A stretch of DNA of 64,000 nucleotides from assembly GCA_951406725.2 (NCBI GenBank), contig OX597834.1:29574001-29638000 (forward strand). Reading direction: 5' to 3'. Shown here piece by piece: positions 37,390 through 52,091 of the stretch. The notes beneath the pieces were generated by a model. It was not told the DNA's origin and did not search any database. It saw only the letters and a program-made list of their open reading frames with translations. A program made the translations under genes and the position numbers. This stretch comes from Octopus vulgaris (taxonomy: Eukaryota). Within the stretch, counting starts at the first letter, position 1. Every line of letters begins with the position of its first letter.

Positions 37390-38876
37390 CAGATATTTAC
37401 ATATATACTTATTGGCTCTATACATATTTATATTTATATACAGATATGTGTATGTGTGTTTGTTTGTATATATATATATATATGTTGATAATGTGCACAA
37501 ATACATATTCAGAAATATACATGTGCATACATATATACATATTGCAGATGTAATACGGTCGATATGAAAGCATGTATATATTCAGACAAGTATCTTGTCT
37601 GTCTGGAAGCAAAGAATGTCTATTAGTGTATTGAAACATAGTCTTTAAAAAGAGAATTTGAGAGGAAATATATTAGAAATAAGGAGAAAAAAGAATAACA
37701 ATTACAATAGAATGATAATAATAATCATAAATAGAGAGAGCAATGTGATAGAAAAAAAAAGCGTGATGTAGATGAATAAAAAAAAACTAGAGACATGGAT
37801 AAGGGGTGATGATGATGCTGACGGTGATAGAAATAGATAAATGGAAACAATTATAAAGGTTTTATTGTCTCTTTTTATTGGTGAGGAGAATAAAGCAATT
37901 TCGTTTTGTTTTACATTTATTTTTTTACCGAAAATATTGGTAGACACAGATAAATAATATATTCACTTACACACACACGCACGCGTTCACACACACACAC
38001 ACACTTACACATATACACACTTACATGCACTTACACATATACACACATACATGTGTACTCATATTTACTTACTGATGCACGCATTGATAAATGCATTTAA
38101 TCACATTTGCGTGCACACACACACACACACACGCACACACGTACTTTTACTCACTCACACACAGGGTTATACATATTTGCTCACGCTTTCTCACACGCAT
38201 ACACACTCACAGGTAAACATATTTACACATTCACATACACACAATTTACTCATACAGGTAGATACATTCATTTCCTCACTCACACGCATTTCTCACACTC
38301 ACACGCATTCACACTCACACTCACACATTTACACTCACACCCACACATTCACACTCACACTCACACATTCACACTCACACTCACACATTCACACTCACAT
38401 TCACGCGCATACACACTCACAGGTAAACATATTTATACATTCACATACACACAATTTACTCATACAGGTAGATACATTCATTTCCTCACTTACCCCTGGC
38501 CGTGAGCTTAAGGAGTTCAATTCCCAGCCACAAGCTTTTGGGTTCAATCTCACTCTTCAGCATCTTTGACAAAAACGTCTTCTATCAATTTGACTAATGA
38601 CTTATGAGTGGATTTGGCAGACAGAAACTATATGGGAAACTGTCGTGTGTGTGTGTGTGTTTGCCTCCCCACTACTTGACAACCGTTGTTGGTTTGTTTA
38701 CATCCCCATAACATAATGGTTCAGCAAAAGTGATCAACAGACTTTAAAATATGTACTAGATTCCATGTTATCAATTAAAAAGAACCCCCTTTGAAGTGAT
38801 ACCCCAGCATGTAAAATATGTATTTTTTCCTTATTTTCAGTACGGTTCTTCATATTCTAGTATTTGTTCTCCACAG

Positions 38877-38944
38877 CATCTATTTCTCATCCACAGTGTT
38901 GCAACACACCTGTGTGCCATGTACGAGCAGCAGGTGTGTCATGA
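38877..38944 (+). CDS. Candidate alternative 3' exon xSISHPQCCNTPVCHVRAAGVS*
   Basis: TATTTGTTCTCCACAG acceptor; SHP and CCN motifs; one of four tandem acceptors. Confidence 0.45.
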
Positions 38945-39057
38945 GGTTTTCAGACAAGTTACTAAATGCCAAGGTCTTATTAAGAAAACTGGTGAGGTTG
39001 TTTGTGCCCTGCATCAGAACATTTATGTTCTTTTGCAACCAAGCAGAAAATGCTTAA
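38897..39057 (+). CDS. Overlapping candidate 3' exon in another frame, xLQHTCVPCTSSRC...FCNQAENA*
   Basis: TATTTCTCATCCACAG acceptor (and 38861) in phase 1 of ORF 38818..39057. Confidence 0.4.
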
Positions 39058-40649
39058 AAACAATTTCAATATTTGATGATTTTTTTTTATCTGATGAAAC
39101 TTTTGAAGCCAATGATATACTGTAACCCTTTAAATGTCTTGTTCACTTGCTGCTGCTGCTGCTACACACACACACACATACACATACACATATACACACT
39201 TACACCAACCCACACATACCATATTTTTCAGCATGCAAGTCGAATTTTGCAGATCAAACTTTTCAAAGACCGCAAAATGCAACAGGATTTGGAAGGACAG
39301 TGATGATATTTGAATGTTTACACTGTGTGCCATGTTGGCCTGTATGCTGAAAACTACTCTACACAAATGGATTACTGTGTAAAAATTTAAAAACAAAATA
39401 CAAAAAGACACATACACATATATAAAACATGCATCACATTATTGTATAAAAATTGAGCCAAGGAAGGAGCCCTTACGATGTCTCTTAAGCTTCTGCAAGA
39501 AGCAACCCACATCCTAGCATCTTAAAAATAAAATGAAGGCCACATTGGAAAATGTAGTCCTAGACACACAAATTAAGAATAAAGGGTGGGATGGCCATGG
39601 CAGGAATGTATCCTTCACTATAGTTGTACAGGATCAGAACTGACTTCAGGTTAAAAAATAAAAGCAGTAAGCATGTAAATATACAGAGAGAGACAGAGAA
39701 ACAAGCTATATATTTAACTCCCAAGTTAGCATCTGATCACCAGTATTATGAGCAATGGCATTCCATATATGGCCATCCTGTCTCTTTGTATATCTAGGAC
39801 TACATTGTCAAACATGTGCTTCCTTTTCTGTGACAGTAGAAGGTGATTTTAAAGATGATTTGGCTGCTCTTTTTTTAGCAGGTTAAGAGACCATGTAGAA
39901 GTTGCCTTATTATGATGCTTCTGTATTTGCATTGCTGTTTAACTTGCACAACACACACACACACACACAAGATGTGATGCACAATTACATTGCTTTACAT
40001 GCATAAATAGACAAGCTGATGCACATATATACATAACTGTTATGCAAATAAACTTAGAATTGCAGGCCTGCCAATGACCTCACACGTACACTATATGTGT
40101 GTTTTAGTGTGGAGAAAATAATGGCCACAGGTCAATGACATACATCCACACATAGACACACACATAATACAGACACACACATAATACAGACACACACAAA
40201 CACACACACACACACACACATATATACACATACACAAATAATGTTTGCTGCAAGAAACAGACCAAACAACATAAACCACAATGCAAATATTTCCAAACAT
40301 TAAACACACAGATATATACACACATCTAAATATGCACATATATATACACATATTGCAGAGGAAAACAGAGTAAACAGAAAAATAGCTCAGCAAATATAAT
40401 CAAACAATACACATGCAAACACACTCGTATACACAGATCAATGTAGGAGACAGTGCAAACACAGAATTTGCTCTGCAAATACAATGAACTTCATACACAC
40501 ACAGATGCATATACACACACAAATACAGACTCCTGATGAAAGAATGAGTAAAGATGGAGATAATTTGTTAAATTGCTTAGCAAATATGATCAAACCCTAC
40601 ACATATACTGCAAGGATGTTAAATGATGATTTTATTTACACACACATAT

Positions 40650-40696
<47 letters not shown>

Positions 40697-40716
40697 CACA
40701 TATACATATATATATA

Positions 40717-40772
<56 letters not shown>

Positions 40773-40773
<1 letters not shown>

Positions 40774-40952
40774 TTGGCGATTTTTTTCCTCCGTCTTCCC
40801 TTCTTTGGATCTTTCTTTTTCCTATGTTTCTGACGAAGAGCTCCGCTCGAAACGTTAAACCCTCCTTCTTTCCTGAGTGTCAAATAACACTATACTTGTT
40901 CCACATCCTCGCATTGTTGTGTTTTCTCTTTGTGTTTTCATGTTTGGATTAA
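40773..40952 (+). mobile_element. Penelope-like short element (family E); hammerhead with intact core at 40826-40860
   Basis: GTTT CTGACGA A GAGC-TCC-GCTC GAAAC GTT AAAC. Confidence 0.72.
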
Positions 40953-41380
40953 CTATAGACATATATATATATATATATATATAAGCCTAATTGATTTCAA
41001 GTCACTCTATACTTCTTTCCGCTACTGTTAGAAGAAGAAACAGGAAAAAAAAAATGAATTTAGCTTAATTAATTTCAAGCCCCAAGTTATGTTGTGATGA
41101 CAAGTCCAAAAGGTGGACGAAATAGTGCTTTTCATGCCTTTATCTCAAAGAAAGGAAAATAATAAATAAATGAAAGAACTATAGAGAAATATATCTATGC
41201 TTTTCATTATTTAATATTATACAAGTATAAATTCTGCAACATACTCAAAGCTAGAAGAGATTCTCTACCCTTCAGTAGCAATCAACCATCAACTATACAT
41301 ATATACATATATACATATGTATATATATATATATGGTGGTGAAAAAATTTCTCTTGAATTTTTTGCTACCCTGATATTGA

Positions 41381-41413
<33 letters not shown>

Positions 41414-41576
41414 CGACGGGCTTCTTTCAGTTTCCGTCTACCAAATCCACTCACAAGGCTTTGGTCGGCCCAAAGCTATAGTAGAAGACACTTGCCCAAG
41501 GTACCACACAGTGGGACAGAACCCAGAACCATGTGGTTCGTAAGCAAGCTACTTACTACACAGCCACTCCTACGCC
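41414..41576 (-). mobile_element. SINE family A, 5' half
   Basis: Matches the tRNA-like head of family A. Confidence 0.85.
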
Positions 41577-42198
41577 ATCTGTTGTTATTTATTTATTTAT
41601 TAATTTATTATATTTCTACTTATATTCAATGAGCTTCTTATGTACAATGAGAAATAAGCTCTCTGATCATCTGGAGATTATTTTCTGAGGATGGCTGGCA
41701 TCCTAGCCATGAGCAGGTTGATCTCTTATCATCTGCTGTGCACCATGGAACCAGAACGAAGCAGTTACAAGAATGAAGGTTGATCCTCTCAAAGTTTGCA
41801 TGAGAGGGAGAGAGGAAGTGAGAGAGAGAGAGAGAAAGAGATGGGGAGAGGAGAGAGAGAGAGAGACAATGACATTTATTAAATTTCGCTACCTCATGGG
41901 AATTAGAGGTAGGACTACAGAACTACAAGAATACAACAGAACACAACCCCAGAGAACAAGAATAACAAAAAAAAAAAAAAAGACATGGGCTCCTGTGCAT
42001 AGAAAGAACACAACATGGAGAAGACAACAAAAAAGAAAAAAAAGAAAAAGCAGAAATTACATGTCGTCCAATTGTTGTAACTGTTGAAATCTTTTCTATA
42101 CAACCATGTTTTATGGAGAATATGGAGAAAGTTATAGCTCTGTTTTATTGGTTTGAGGAGCGGAGAATAAATGGAGCAGAGTGGATGGATATACACAT

Positions 42199-42247
<49 letters not shown>

Positions 42248-42304
42248 TACACACATATATATATATACATATATACACACACATACACATATATATACAT
42301 ATAT

Positions 42305-42378
<74 letters not shown>

Positions 42379-42478
42379 ATATGTATGTATATGTATAATA
42401 TATATGTCAGCAACTAATAAATATGTCTTGTTTATCAGTCTGTCTGCTTATCTGTCTGTCTGTCTGTCTACCTGTTTT

Positions 42479-42517
<39 letters not shown>

Positions 42518-42623
42518 TAATTCTCTCTGAGAGATCCTAAGCCTTATCTGACCTTTCATACCCCTTGCAGTTTTATTATAACTTTATATCTGGCTGGCCT
42601 TTCTGCATCTTTTCCACTCATGT

Positions 42624-42661
<38 letters not shown>

Positions 42662-43313
42662 CCACATACACACAACCATATACACACACACACACAGCCA
42701 CACACATACACACAAACATATGTAATGCCTATACATACACACACAAATGCATAAATCCATGCAGAGACACATGACAGCTTCCTCTTTTTTTCTGACTTAA
42801 CAGACATGCTTACATATGTATGTATGAATATGCACACACAAACACATACACACAAACACATACACACATACACATACACACATACACTTATACACACAAA
42901 CACATACACACAAGCGCATATCCACAAACACATACACACAAACACATACACTCAAACATATACACATACATACAAACACATACACATACACATACACACA
43001 TACACATATACACACACGCACATACACACTAACGCATACACACAAACACATACACACAAACGCATACACACAAACGCATACACACACACATACATACAAA
43101 CACATACACACAAACACATACACACAAATGCATACACACAAAGACATACACACACAAACACATACACACAAACGCATACACACAAACGCATACACACAAG
43201 CACATACACACGCACCCTGACATAGCTGCTCCCTCCTTTATTTAAGCACATATGTTCTCTAGATCCATACATGCAAACACATATGTAGACTATCACACCG
43301 TCATACATAAATG

Positions 43314-43385
<72 letters not shown>

Positions 43386-43416
43386 AACACACATACACAC
43401 ACACATATACATATAC

Positions 43417-43451
<35 letters not shown>

Positions 43452-43826
43452 CCCAAACACACATACACACACACATATACATACATACACACACAAACAC
43501 ACACAAACACACACAGAGAGGCACGAAAAGTAATAAGGCTTTCAAAGAAATCCACAAATTAATCAACTGACAGATTGATGAAGTCTACCATCTGCCTCCT
43601 TCTTCATCTTCTGGAAAGGGTTAGGGCAGTGGTAGTAGTGGGAGGAAAGGATATATAAAACAACAAAGACCGAGAGAAAGAGGAGAGGTGGAGAGAGAGA
43701 GAGAGGAGAGGTGGAGAGAGAGAGAGAGAGAGAGAGAGGAGAGGTGGAGAGAGAGAGAGGAGAGGTGGAGAGAGAGAGAGGAGAGGAAGGAGAGAGAGAG
43801 AGAGAGGAGAGGTGGAGAGAGAGAGG

Positions 43827-43876
<50 letters not shown>

Positions 43877-44059
43877 GTGGAGAGAGAGAGAGAGGAGGTG
43901 GTGGAGAGAGAGAGAGGAGAGGTGGAGAGAGAGAGAGGAGAGGTGGAGAGAGAGAGAGAGCACAAGGGAGGGAGCCAAACAAAAAAAAAACAACAACACA
44001 CACACAACTGTGGTAGATAATTATTTGGCAATTACAGTCCATCATTGTGTTCCCTGTAG

Positions 44060-44097
44060 GATGGCGGCTTCAGTTGAATGACTTTGGCATACAGTGA
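44060..44097 (+). CDS. Candidate alternative 3' exon xWRLQLNDFGIQ*
   Basis: TGTTCCCTGTAG acceptor; TCCCTGTAG|GAT junction identical to that of exon 7129. Confidence 0.4.
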
Positions 44098-44128
44098 TTA
44101 TTGTCTCTTAATTACTTGGTAACACACA

Positions 44129-44172
<44 letters not shown>

Positions 44173-44200
44173 CCTCTCCGGCTTCTGCCTTGCTCTCCAG

Positions 44201-44495
44201 CCCTGCATGCCTGTCCATGTAAACCATGCTCAGCCTCTCAGTCGATTGCAGACTCCTCCAGGTCTCAGTCTGCCTGGCTGCTTTCACCGTTATCAGCCTC
44301 CTTTGCTTCTCTGCCTGGCTCCAACCACGGCGGATTCTTTCGCTATGCTTTGCTGCTACAGAAAAGTTGCTCACCTCAGCTCTGCCACACAGGCTGCCTT
44401 TCTCTCCCCCTCTCTCTCTCTCTCTATTTCTCTCTCACACACACTCCCCTTTCTATCCCTCTCACAAACACACTTTCCTTCTCTCTCCTTCTCAG

Positions 44496-44529
<34 letters not shown>

Positions 44530-44550
44530 TCTCTCTTGCTCTCTCTTTGA
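44201..44550 (+). CDS. Candidate alternative 3' exon xLHACPCKPCSASQSIAD... (3' part is microsatellite)
   Basis: Strong acceptor CTTCTGCCTTGCTCTCCAG in phase 1 of ORF 44101..44550; other frames are also open here. Confidence 0.4.
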
Positions 44551-45699
44551 TTCTGTTTCACACACATACACACACACACACACATACAGACACACACACA
44601 CATACACACATATACACACACATACACACACATACACACACATACACACACATACATACTCACATACACACACACATACACACACACATACACACACACA
44701 TACACACACACATACACACACATACATACACACACACATACACACATATACACACATACACACACATACACACACATACACACACATATACACACACACA
44801 TACACACACGCATGCATACACAGGTTGGCAGTCCTTTCTTTTCCTCTCACATTCTCTTATATAACATTCAAAAGGATTTTAGTAGCCAACAAGGCTGTCT
44901 CTATATAATTGATCAACCTGCTAGAAACAGCAACCAAACATCCCTAGAAACCCAACATACTGTGTAATATACATGTTGATACACACACACACACACACAC
45001 ATCATTGTCATTATTTTTTCTTATGGCATGAGTCTGACAAAACTTGTTGAGGCAGATCCTTCCACGGCCAAAATGCTCCCTCTGGCCCCAACCCTTGTTT
45101 CTCGACCAAGTAGGACATTTTCATGGCTGTGTTTATAGGTATGCGGTTAAAAATTTTACTTTGCAGCCACTTGTTTCCAGGTTCAATGCTACCCTGTGGC
45201 ACCTCAGATATGTGTCTTCTACCATAGCATCAGCTTGACCAATATCTTACTGAGAGAAATTAATAGGTGGAAACTGTTCAGAAGCTCATTCAACATGTGT
45301 GTGTGTGTATACAGGAGAAACTGTGAGCTATGTGCTAAGATGTTTGCTTCCCAACCACATGATTCTGGGTTTGGAACATGGAAACTGAAAGCCCATTGTG
45401 TATATGTGTATGTATGCGTGTGCATATATGTGTGTGCATGTATGTGTTTGTGTAGGTGTGCATGTAACTTTCATTGATATATATATATATATATCACATA
45501 TATATATATTGGTAAAGGGCATAAACACTAATGAGAGAACAAAAAGATTAAAATGGTGCTTTAGGAACAAAGTCCCTTGAGGTACTCGAAGTTATGGTCT
45601 CCATTGTTACACTCTTCATCAGAAATGCAATATTCTAGTGATTAGCTTGTTGAAAATCTGCATCCAATGACACTATTGTTCACAAATTGCATTATAAAT

Positions 45700-45739
<40 letters not shown>

Positions 45740-46618
45740 ACACACATACACACACACATATACATGTGAACACACACATATATATATATATATACTCTTC
45801 ACACATGTATACATGTATCCACCTCACACACATGACTCTCTCTCGCAAACATGCCAACTAGCTCACTTAGCATTGATTTTACGCATTTACAAGACTAAGT
45901 TAATTATTTCAAGAAGTGTTTACCAATACATGAGTGACTAATTGTAAAATTTTCTAATTAATATCTATTCTAAGATTATTGGTACACGGCTAAGAAACAG
46001 AAGTTCCAGTCATGTTAACAGGACCAAGAGTCTAACCATTTTGTGTGCGCTGATAGCCTGATTAAATAATCTGTTGTCTGGTTGCGGTGGTAACCGAAAC
46101 TAATTGCATTCTCCAAACACCCACAACCAATACTTGTTAACGAAAGAGATTAACGAAGTCCTTCAAAAGAACCCTTTTGTTCATAACTATACAACTCAAG
46201 ACTAGAATTAGTCTTCTGGGAGTTTGTACTTAACAAATCACCATCGAATCAGTTGATATTAGGAGCTTTGTCTTTGTATGGACTAAATTAAGGCCTTGTC
46301 ATCAAGAGGCCTAGATTAATCTCTAAAAATAATGACCCTTTCAACAATTAGTAAGCTCTTCTACTAAACCACAATCTTGTATAATACAATCTGTATAATA
46401 CCCACCGCCAACCTACTTCTACCCACACACAGTGCAAGCCAGCAAGGGAGCTGCTTCTATGTGGTCACTCAACCTGCTGGAAAATATAACTGCAAAATTT
46501 CCCTCACTACATTATTGTTTTAAATAGCTTGGAGAATATATGAAACGATGGGATGGTCACAGCCGGAACATCTCTGATCAGAAATTTGTTCAGCTGGGGG
46601 TTGATCTGGGGCTAAATT

Positions 46619-46649
<31 letters not shown>

Positions 46650-46878
46650 CAGAAGAAGTTCAATAACCTGTTGGTAAGCTCTTAGCAAATCGAATAAGGG
46701 GACTAATTGTAAATTTTTTTCATTTATATTTCAAGCCAACGTCCTTGAGAAAGGTATAAACTCCACAACCCCCCCCACAAAAAAAAAAATCAATAACATT
46801 GGCCATCTATTGATAGATACCGATGACTACAAATGACCAAACAATTAAATCTAATTACCTGAAATAATTTATCTTTTT

Positions 46879-46922
<44 letters not shown>

Positions 46923-47130
46923 ATACAAACACTATCAATTACAGATATGGTTTCAGCGGTCATCAGATTTATGACTAAATTTCCAGTCCAACTTGTAGCT
47001 ATGTCACTTCACTTGAATCACCAATACCCAAGAGGAAAGCATGAACGTTACAAGTTCCATTTTAAAGATGTCAGTAAAAACATATTCCCTCCTTGATGGA
47101 TACTGTTGAATGCAGGATGCATCTCCTGCA

Positions 47131-47164
<34 letters not shown>

Positions 47165-48603
47165 AATTTACCAGTCAGTTTCCATTTTTGCTTCTTTTTA
47201 ATAGGGATGGGCATGGCTAGAGGTGTAGCTGTGGCTATTTGGTAAGAAGATCATTTCTCAACCCCATGCCTCACAGCATGGCATCTTCAGCAAGTGTCTT
47301 CTACTACAGCCCCAGGTTGACGAAAACCTTGTGGGTGGATTTGGTACATGGAAACTGAAAGAAGCCTATAGTATGTATGCATGTATGTATGTGTGTATGT
47401 ATGTATGTATTATGTATGTGTGTGTATGCATGTGTGTATGTATGCATGTGTATATGTACAGATGGACAGATAGATGTGTGTGTGTGTGTGTGTGTACATG
47501 CACATGTATGTGTGTGTGTGAGTGCATGTATGTGATTTCTCCTTGCCTAAATCACGTGACAGTTGTAAGCGAGTTTCACGGTCATGCAAGTGGTGTCCAT
47601 TTTAGATCTTCCATGAAAATATGTCTGGTCAAGAAGAAACTGTTTCCTTGCTTGGAAACAGATGGGGATTTGAAAATCTGTGTCACCAAATTTTGCCCAA
47701 TACATACAAGCATGTAAAAGTGTGTTAGATGATGAAAATGATGATGATGATGATGATGATGCATTTGACAAATACCAGCCCACAATTCCCTAAAAAGATA
47801 CAAATGAAATTAAATATTTTAACTTCTGACTTTATAAGTGAGAAGACAAAATATAGTTGGCTATGATTTAGCTCAACTAGATTGATCTAATTATATTAAA
47901 CATGGCAATTTGTCTGCTCCCATTTTAATCTTCACCAGACCTTCTCCAAAGAGACTGACACCAGGGCTGGATTTAGACTTTGTAGGGTTACTGAGTCAAT
48001 AGGTTTTGAAAGCTTCTACAGTTTTGCTAATTCAAAATGTAATGAGATAGTAAAGAGGACCCCATTAAACATAGAGACCCTAAACAGTTAGAAGAGGCCT
48101 CAAAACTTAGAAGGGTTCAGCAGACCCAGAGAGATTCAATTAAATTTAATGGCTTTTGAAATTTAAAAGGTCCCAATAAACCAAAAAAGGGGATGAATAT
48201 ATTTTTTTTTAAATTCATTAGATTAACCAAAATTTAAACAAGTAAAAATCACCCACTACACTCACGGAGTGGTTGGTGTTAGGAAGGGCACCCAGCTGTA
48301 GAAACACTGCCAGATCAAGACTGGAGCCTGGTGCAGCCTCCTGGCTTCCCAGACCCAGGTCGAACCGTCCAACCCGTGCTAGCGCAGAAAACGGATGATG
48401 ATGATGATGATGATGAAAAGAAATTACAAATTATTTATCAGATTCAACTCCAAGCTTTTGACTCCCCACCATTTCTCATGTGAAACACTGGTTTCGGTGC
48501 TTTGGTTGAAGGAGAAACGTAAAGAAGAATTACATAAAGCAGTAAATACATTCAGAGCGAAGAATGATTTATTGTTGTTAAAAATCATAATGCAACTATC
48601 AAG

Positions 48604-48662
48604 ATAATGAATCCGCAATGAATGGAGTGCTGGCATATTTTGTGGTTATTGTTGCATTCTAA
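48604..48662 (+). CDS. Candidate alternative 3' exon xNESAMNGVLAYFVVIVAF*
   Basis: Weak AAG acceptor inside the hairpin AATGCAAC...GTTGCATT with inner CCGCAA/TTGTGG; AATAAA ~25 nt after the stop. Confidence 0.3.
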
Positions 48663-48879
48663 ATGTAAGGACTACTTTACTGAACAATAATAAACACTGG
48701 ATAATTACAGATTGTATGTGATCAAAGAGATTCCATTGAAGCTGATGTTCCCAATTAGATGAATATCATACTTCATTTGTCCAACTCACATGCTCTCTCT
48801 TGGGGTTTTATAGATAAAATTATCGTTTTGGAGCAAAATCGCATATTTTATATTCTTACACAGAATTAATTCACTTGCT

Positions 48880-49335
48880 CCAGCCCACTTATGCATTCCT
48901 TTCCTTCTTGAGACACAAAACTCCACTTGTGAAGACCTGTTGAGGCATGTGAAAATCAAAATCAAAATCAAAATCAAAATCGTAATCTATCAACATCAAT
49001 GGAATTTGTAGCTGTGATACCAGTGCAGGTGGCATGTAAGAGAACCATCCGAACGTGGCCGTAGCCAGTGCCACATCGACTGGCCTCCGTGCCGGTGGCA
49101 CGTAAAAAGCACCATCCGATCGTGGCCGTTTGCCAGCCTCGTCTGGCACTTGTGCTGCTGGCATGTAAAAAGCACCCACTACACTCATGGAGTGGTTGGC
49201 GTTAGGAAGGGCATCCAGCTGTAGAAACACTGCCAGATCAGACTGGGCCTGGTGCAGACTTCTGGCTTCCCAGATCCCAGTTGAACCGTCCAACCCATGC
49301 TAGCATGGAAAGCAGACATTAAACGATGATGATAA
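48880..49335 (+). mobile_element. RTE 3'UTR repeat (family D), long copy
   Basis: Colinear with the reverse complement of 35505-35910. Confidence 0.85.
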
Positions 49336-49693
49336 TTTTTGTGGAACAGAAACAGCTGAGATTTTTCAGACCCATATTCCTACTCTAATACGGTGGTATA
49401 TTACACAACATATATTGAACAGAATTAGTTGAGTAAGAAGATGAAAAAAAAAAAAGAAGGATTAGCAAAAAAGTCTGTTTTGAAATACAAGATCAATACC
49501 GAACAATGTTGGTGTAGCAAATATTGGAACGCCAGAAACATGGAGAAATTTTTCTAGATTAACATACAAAAGATAATTATTGCAAGTTTTCATATTTGCA
49601 TATGTGTGAAGACAACATTTATTCAGCTGGATACATTTTCTATTGTTGACAACCCAGCCATGAAATGGGAATGACATTAATTTTAATTTTCAG

Positions 49694-49794
49694 TCACAGA
49701 ATTGAAGCAAGTAATGTTCTGCTGTAAGGCATCGCAAAATGGTTGCTGCAACATTTCAGCTCAATGCTTTGTTCGCTCTAGTCAGCCATCATAA
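49694..49794 (+). CDS. Candidate alternative 3' exon xTELKQVMFCCKASQNGCCNISAQCFVRSSQPS*
   Basis: TTTTAATTTTCAG acceptor (second in-frame CAG 6 nt later); GCTCAATGCTTT (AQCF) identical and in frame with exon 3739. Confidence 0.5.
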
Positions 49795-49797
49795 CCG

Positions 49798-49833
<36 letters not shown>

Positions 49834-50380
49834 ATAAACATATAGGTATGTATGTGTATGTGTATGCATATATGTATAGATTTATAAGTATATATATGTG
49901 ATGTGTGAGTGTGTGTATATATATATTTATTTAAATGTATGCATAGTTCTCAAGCTAGTCAGCTCCTGTTGAACCATTCAACCCATACCAGCATGGAAAA
50001 AAGGCATTGGAGGAGGAGGAGGAGGAGGGGGAAGAGGATGATACACACACACACATATGCAGAGAGAGGTGGGTGAAGGTGTTGATGATAAGCTAGAGTG
50101 AGGTGAAGGGTTTTCTCACACACATCCAGAATCCCTTCACATACAGGGACCAGGTTGACTTCCAGAAGCGAAAAGAAGAACTGGAAGAACAAGATGGGGG
50201 GAAAAGACAAGGTCTGCATAGATAGGTGTTGTGGGGTTAGAATGTATGTTGATCATGAGTGATGAAATACTGACAGAGTCATTGGGAAAGCAGATCATGT
50301 CTACACACCCACACACACATATTATATACAATGTGTTTGTATGTGTATATATATATATATATATACATGATGTGTAAATA

Positions 50381-50470
<90 letters not shown>

Positions 50471-50560
50471 TCATCATCATCACTGAATTTTATCCTTCCA
50501 TCTCACATATATATATATACATTATATATATATTTATATATATGTATATATATATATATA

Positions 50561-50591
<31 letters not shown>

Positions 50592-50892
50592 ATATATATA
50601 TTATATATATATATATATGTGTGTGTGTATATACATATATATATATGTATATATATATATATACATATATATAAATATATATATAATATATATGTATATA
50701 TGTGAGATGGAAGGATAAAATTCAGGACGAGTGGTAGAAGGTATGTTCCGTTTGACAGATGGAAAGCAATAATATATTTTGAGGTTCAGGGTTGGGGTGT
50801 GTGCTTGTGAGATGTAACCTAAGAGATGTATGGGGCAGCAAGAAAAGGATGGAGTGGTTTTCCATAGTAGTGGCTCGGTGTAACATTTGCAG

Positions 50893-50981
50893 TAAAGACG
50901 TCGTCGTCCAGAATAGAGAAGTGGAGTAACGAGGCAAGGGATGCTCTAAACCGTAGCTGGAAAGGTGGAGGTTATTGGTAA
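50893..50981 (+). CDS. Candidate alternative 3' exon xKTSSSRIEKWSNEARDALNRSWKGGGYW*
   Basis: TAACATTTGCAG acceptor; ends YW* like exon 19028. Confidence 0.35.
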
Positions 50982-52005
50982 TAACCATACTTTGGCCAAT
51001 CAGGTGGATGGCCTTCTTATATGATTGATGACATTTGTGTGTGTGTGTGTGTGTATGCATGAGAAGGAGGGCAAGAGAGAGAGAGAGAGAGAGCGAGAAG
51101 AGAGAATGGTTATGTGTGTGTGTATGTGAGGGATACATGTTTATATGTATTTGCATTTGCATAAATATAGATAGATAAATGAACGGATGAAATGATACAG
51201 TAGGATAGACAAAGACATTTGCATGGGTTGGTATTCTCTCTCTGTGTATGCATATATATAAATATATATATTTATATATACATACATAGATCAATTGATA
51301 GGTAGCTATATATATATATATGAATGTCCATACATTTCTAAAGTGTGTATACATATATATATTATGCATGAATATATATATATGTGCATATATCTATAAA
51401 CATAAGTATTTATATATAGAATAATGTATGCACACATACATGTACGCATATACACAACACAAACATGAATTTACATTTGATTAAATTTATATGAAAATTT
51501 GTATGTGCATATATATACACACACACACAAATGTGCGCATGCACACACACACATATATGTATGTATGGTATATATATGTATACAAATATATACACACATA
51601 TATATATATACACACAAACATATATATGTATGTATATACATATATATACCTATACTAAATTTACACACACGCACATATATATGAGTGTGTATGTGTATAA
51701 GAAAGGATGTGTGTGTAAGTATTGTGTATATATATATATATGTGTGTGTGTGTACGTATATATATATATATAGCCAAACAAATGCCCAAAATGAGAAGAC
51801 AGATGAAACACGCAAAATACATAAAAGATATAAAGATCGTATTTGATTAAAATAACAAATCAAAGAAAAATAAACACACCCTCCTCTCCAAAAAAAAAAA
51901 ATATATATATGTATATATATAACACAAAAGAAAAAATCTAGGCAGTGTAGTGAAGAACCAATTCTCATCAAATGTGGAACCACGTCTCTCTGTCTGGCAT
52001 TCTAG

Positions 52006-52091
52006 ATAATGACGCCAGGTTATATGCGGTTGCAGTGAACGCTGGCAGTCTTGCAACTCGTTGTCAATATGTCTGGCACCAGCGAGAGTGA
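52006..52091 (+). CDS. Candidate alternative 3' exon xNDARLYAVAVNAGSLATRCQYVWHQRE*
   Basis: TCTCTCTGTCTGGCATTCTAG acceptor enclosed by CTGGC/GCCAG stem; CGCTGG/CCAGCG hairpin; VWHQ and LYAV motifs. Confidence 0.5.

Noticed and set aside
38897-38933. Pair of 37-nt mutually exclusive cassettes (38897-38933 CCNTPV... and 56961-56997 DCLTPI...)
   Set aside because: Equal length and CxTP similarity are suggestive, but the GTGTGT donor is weak and phase-0 entry conflicts with the phase-1 pattern; kept only as an alternative
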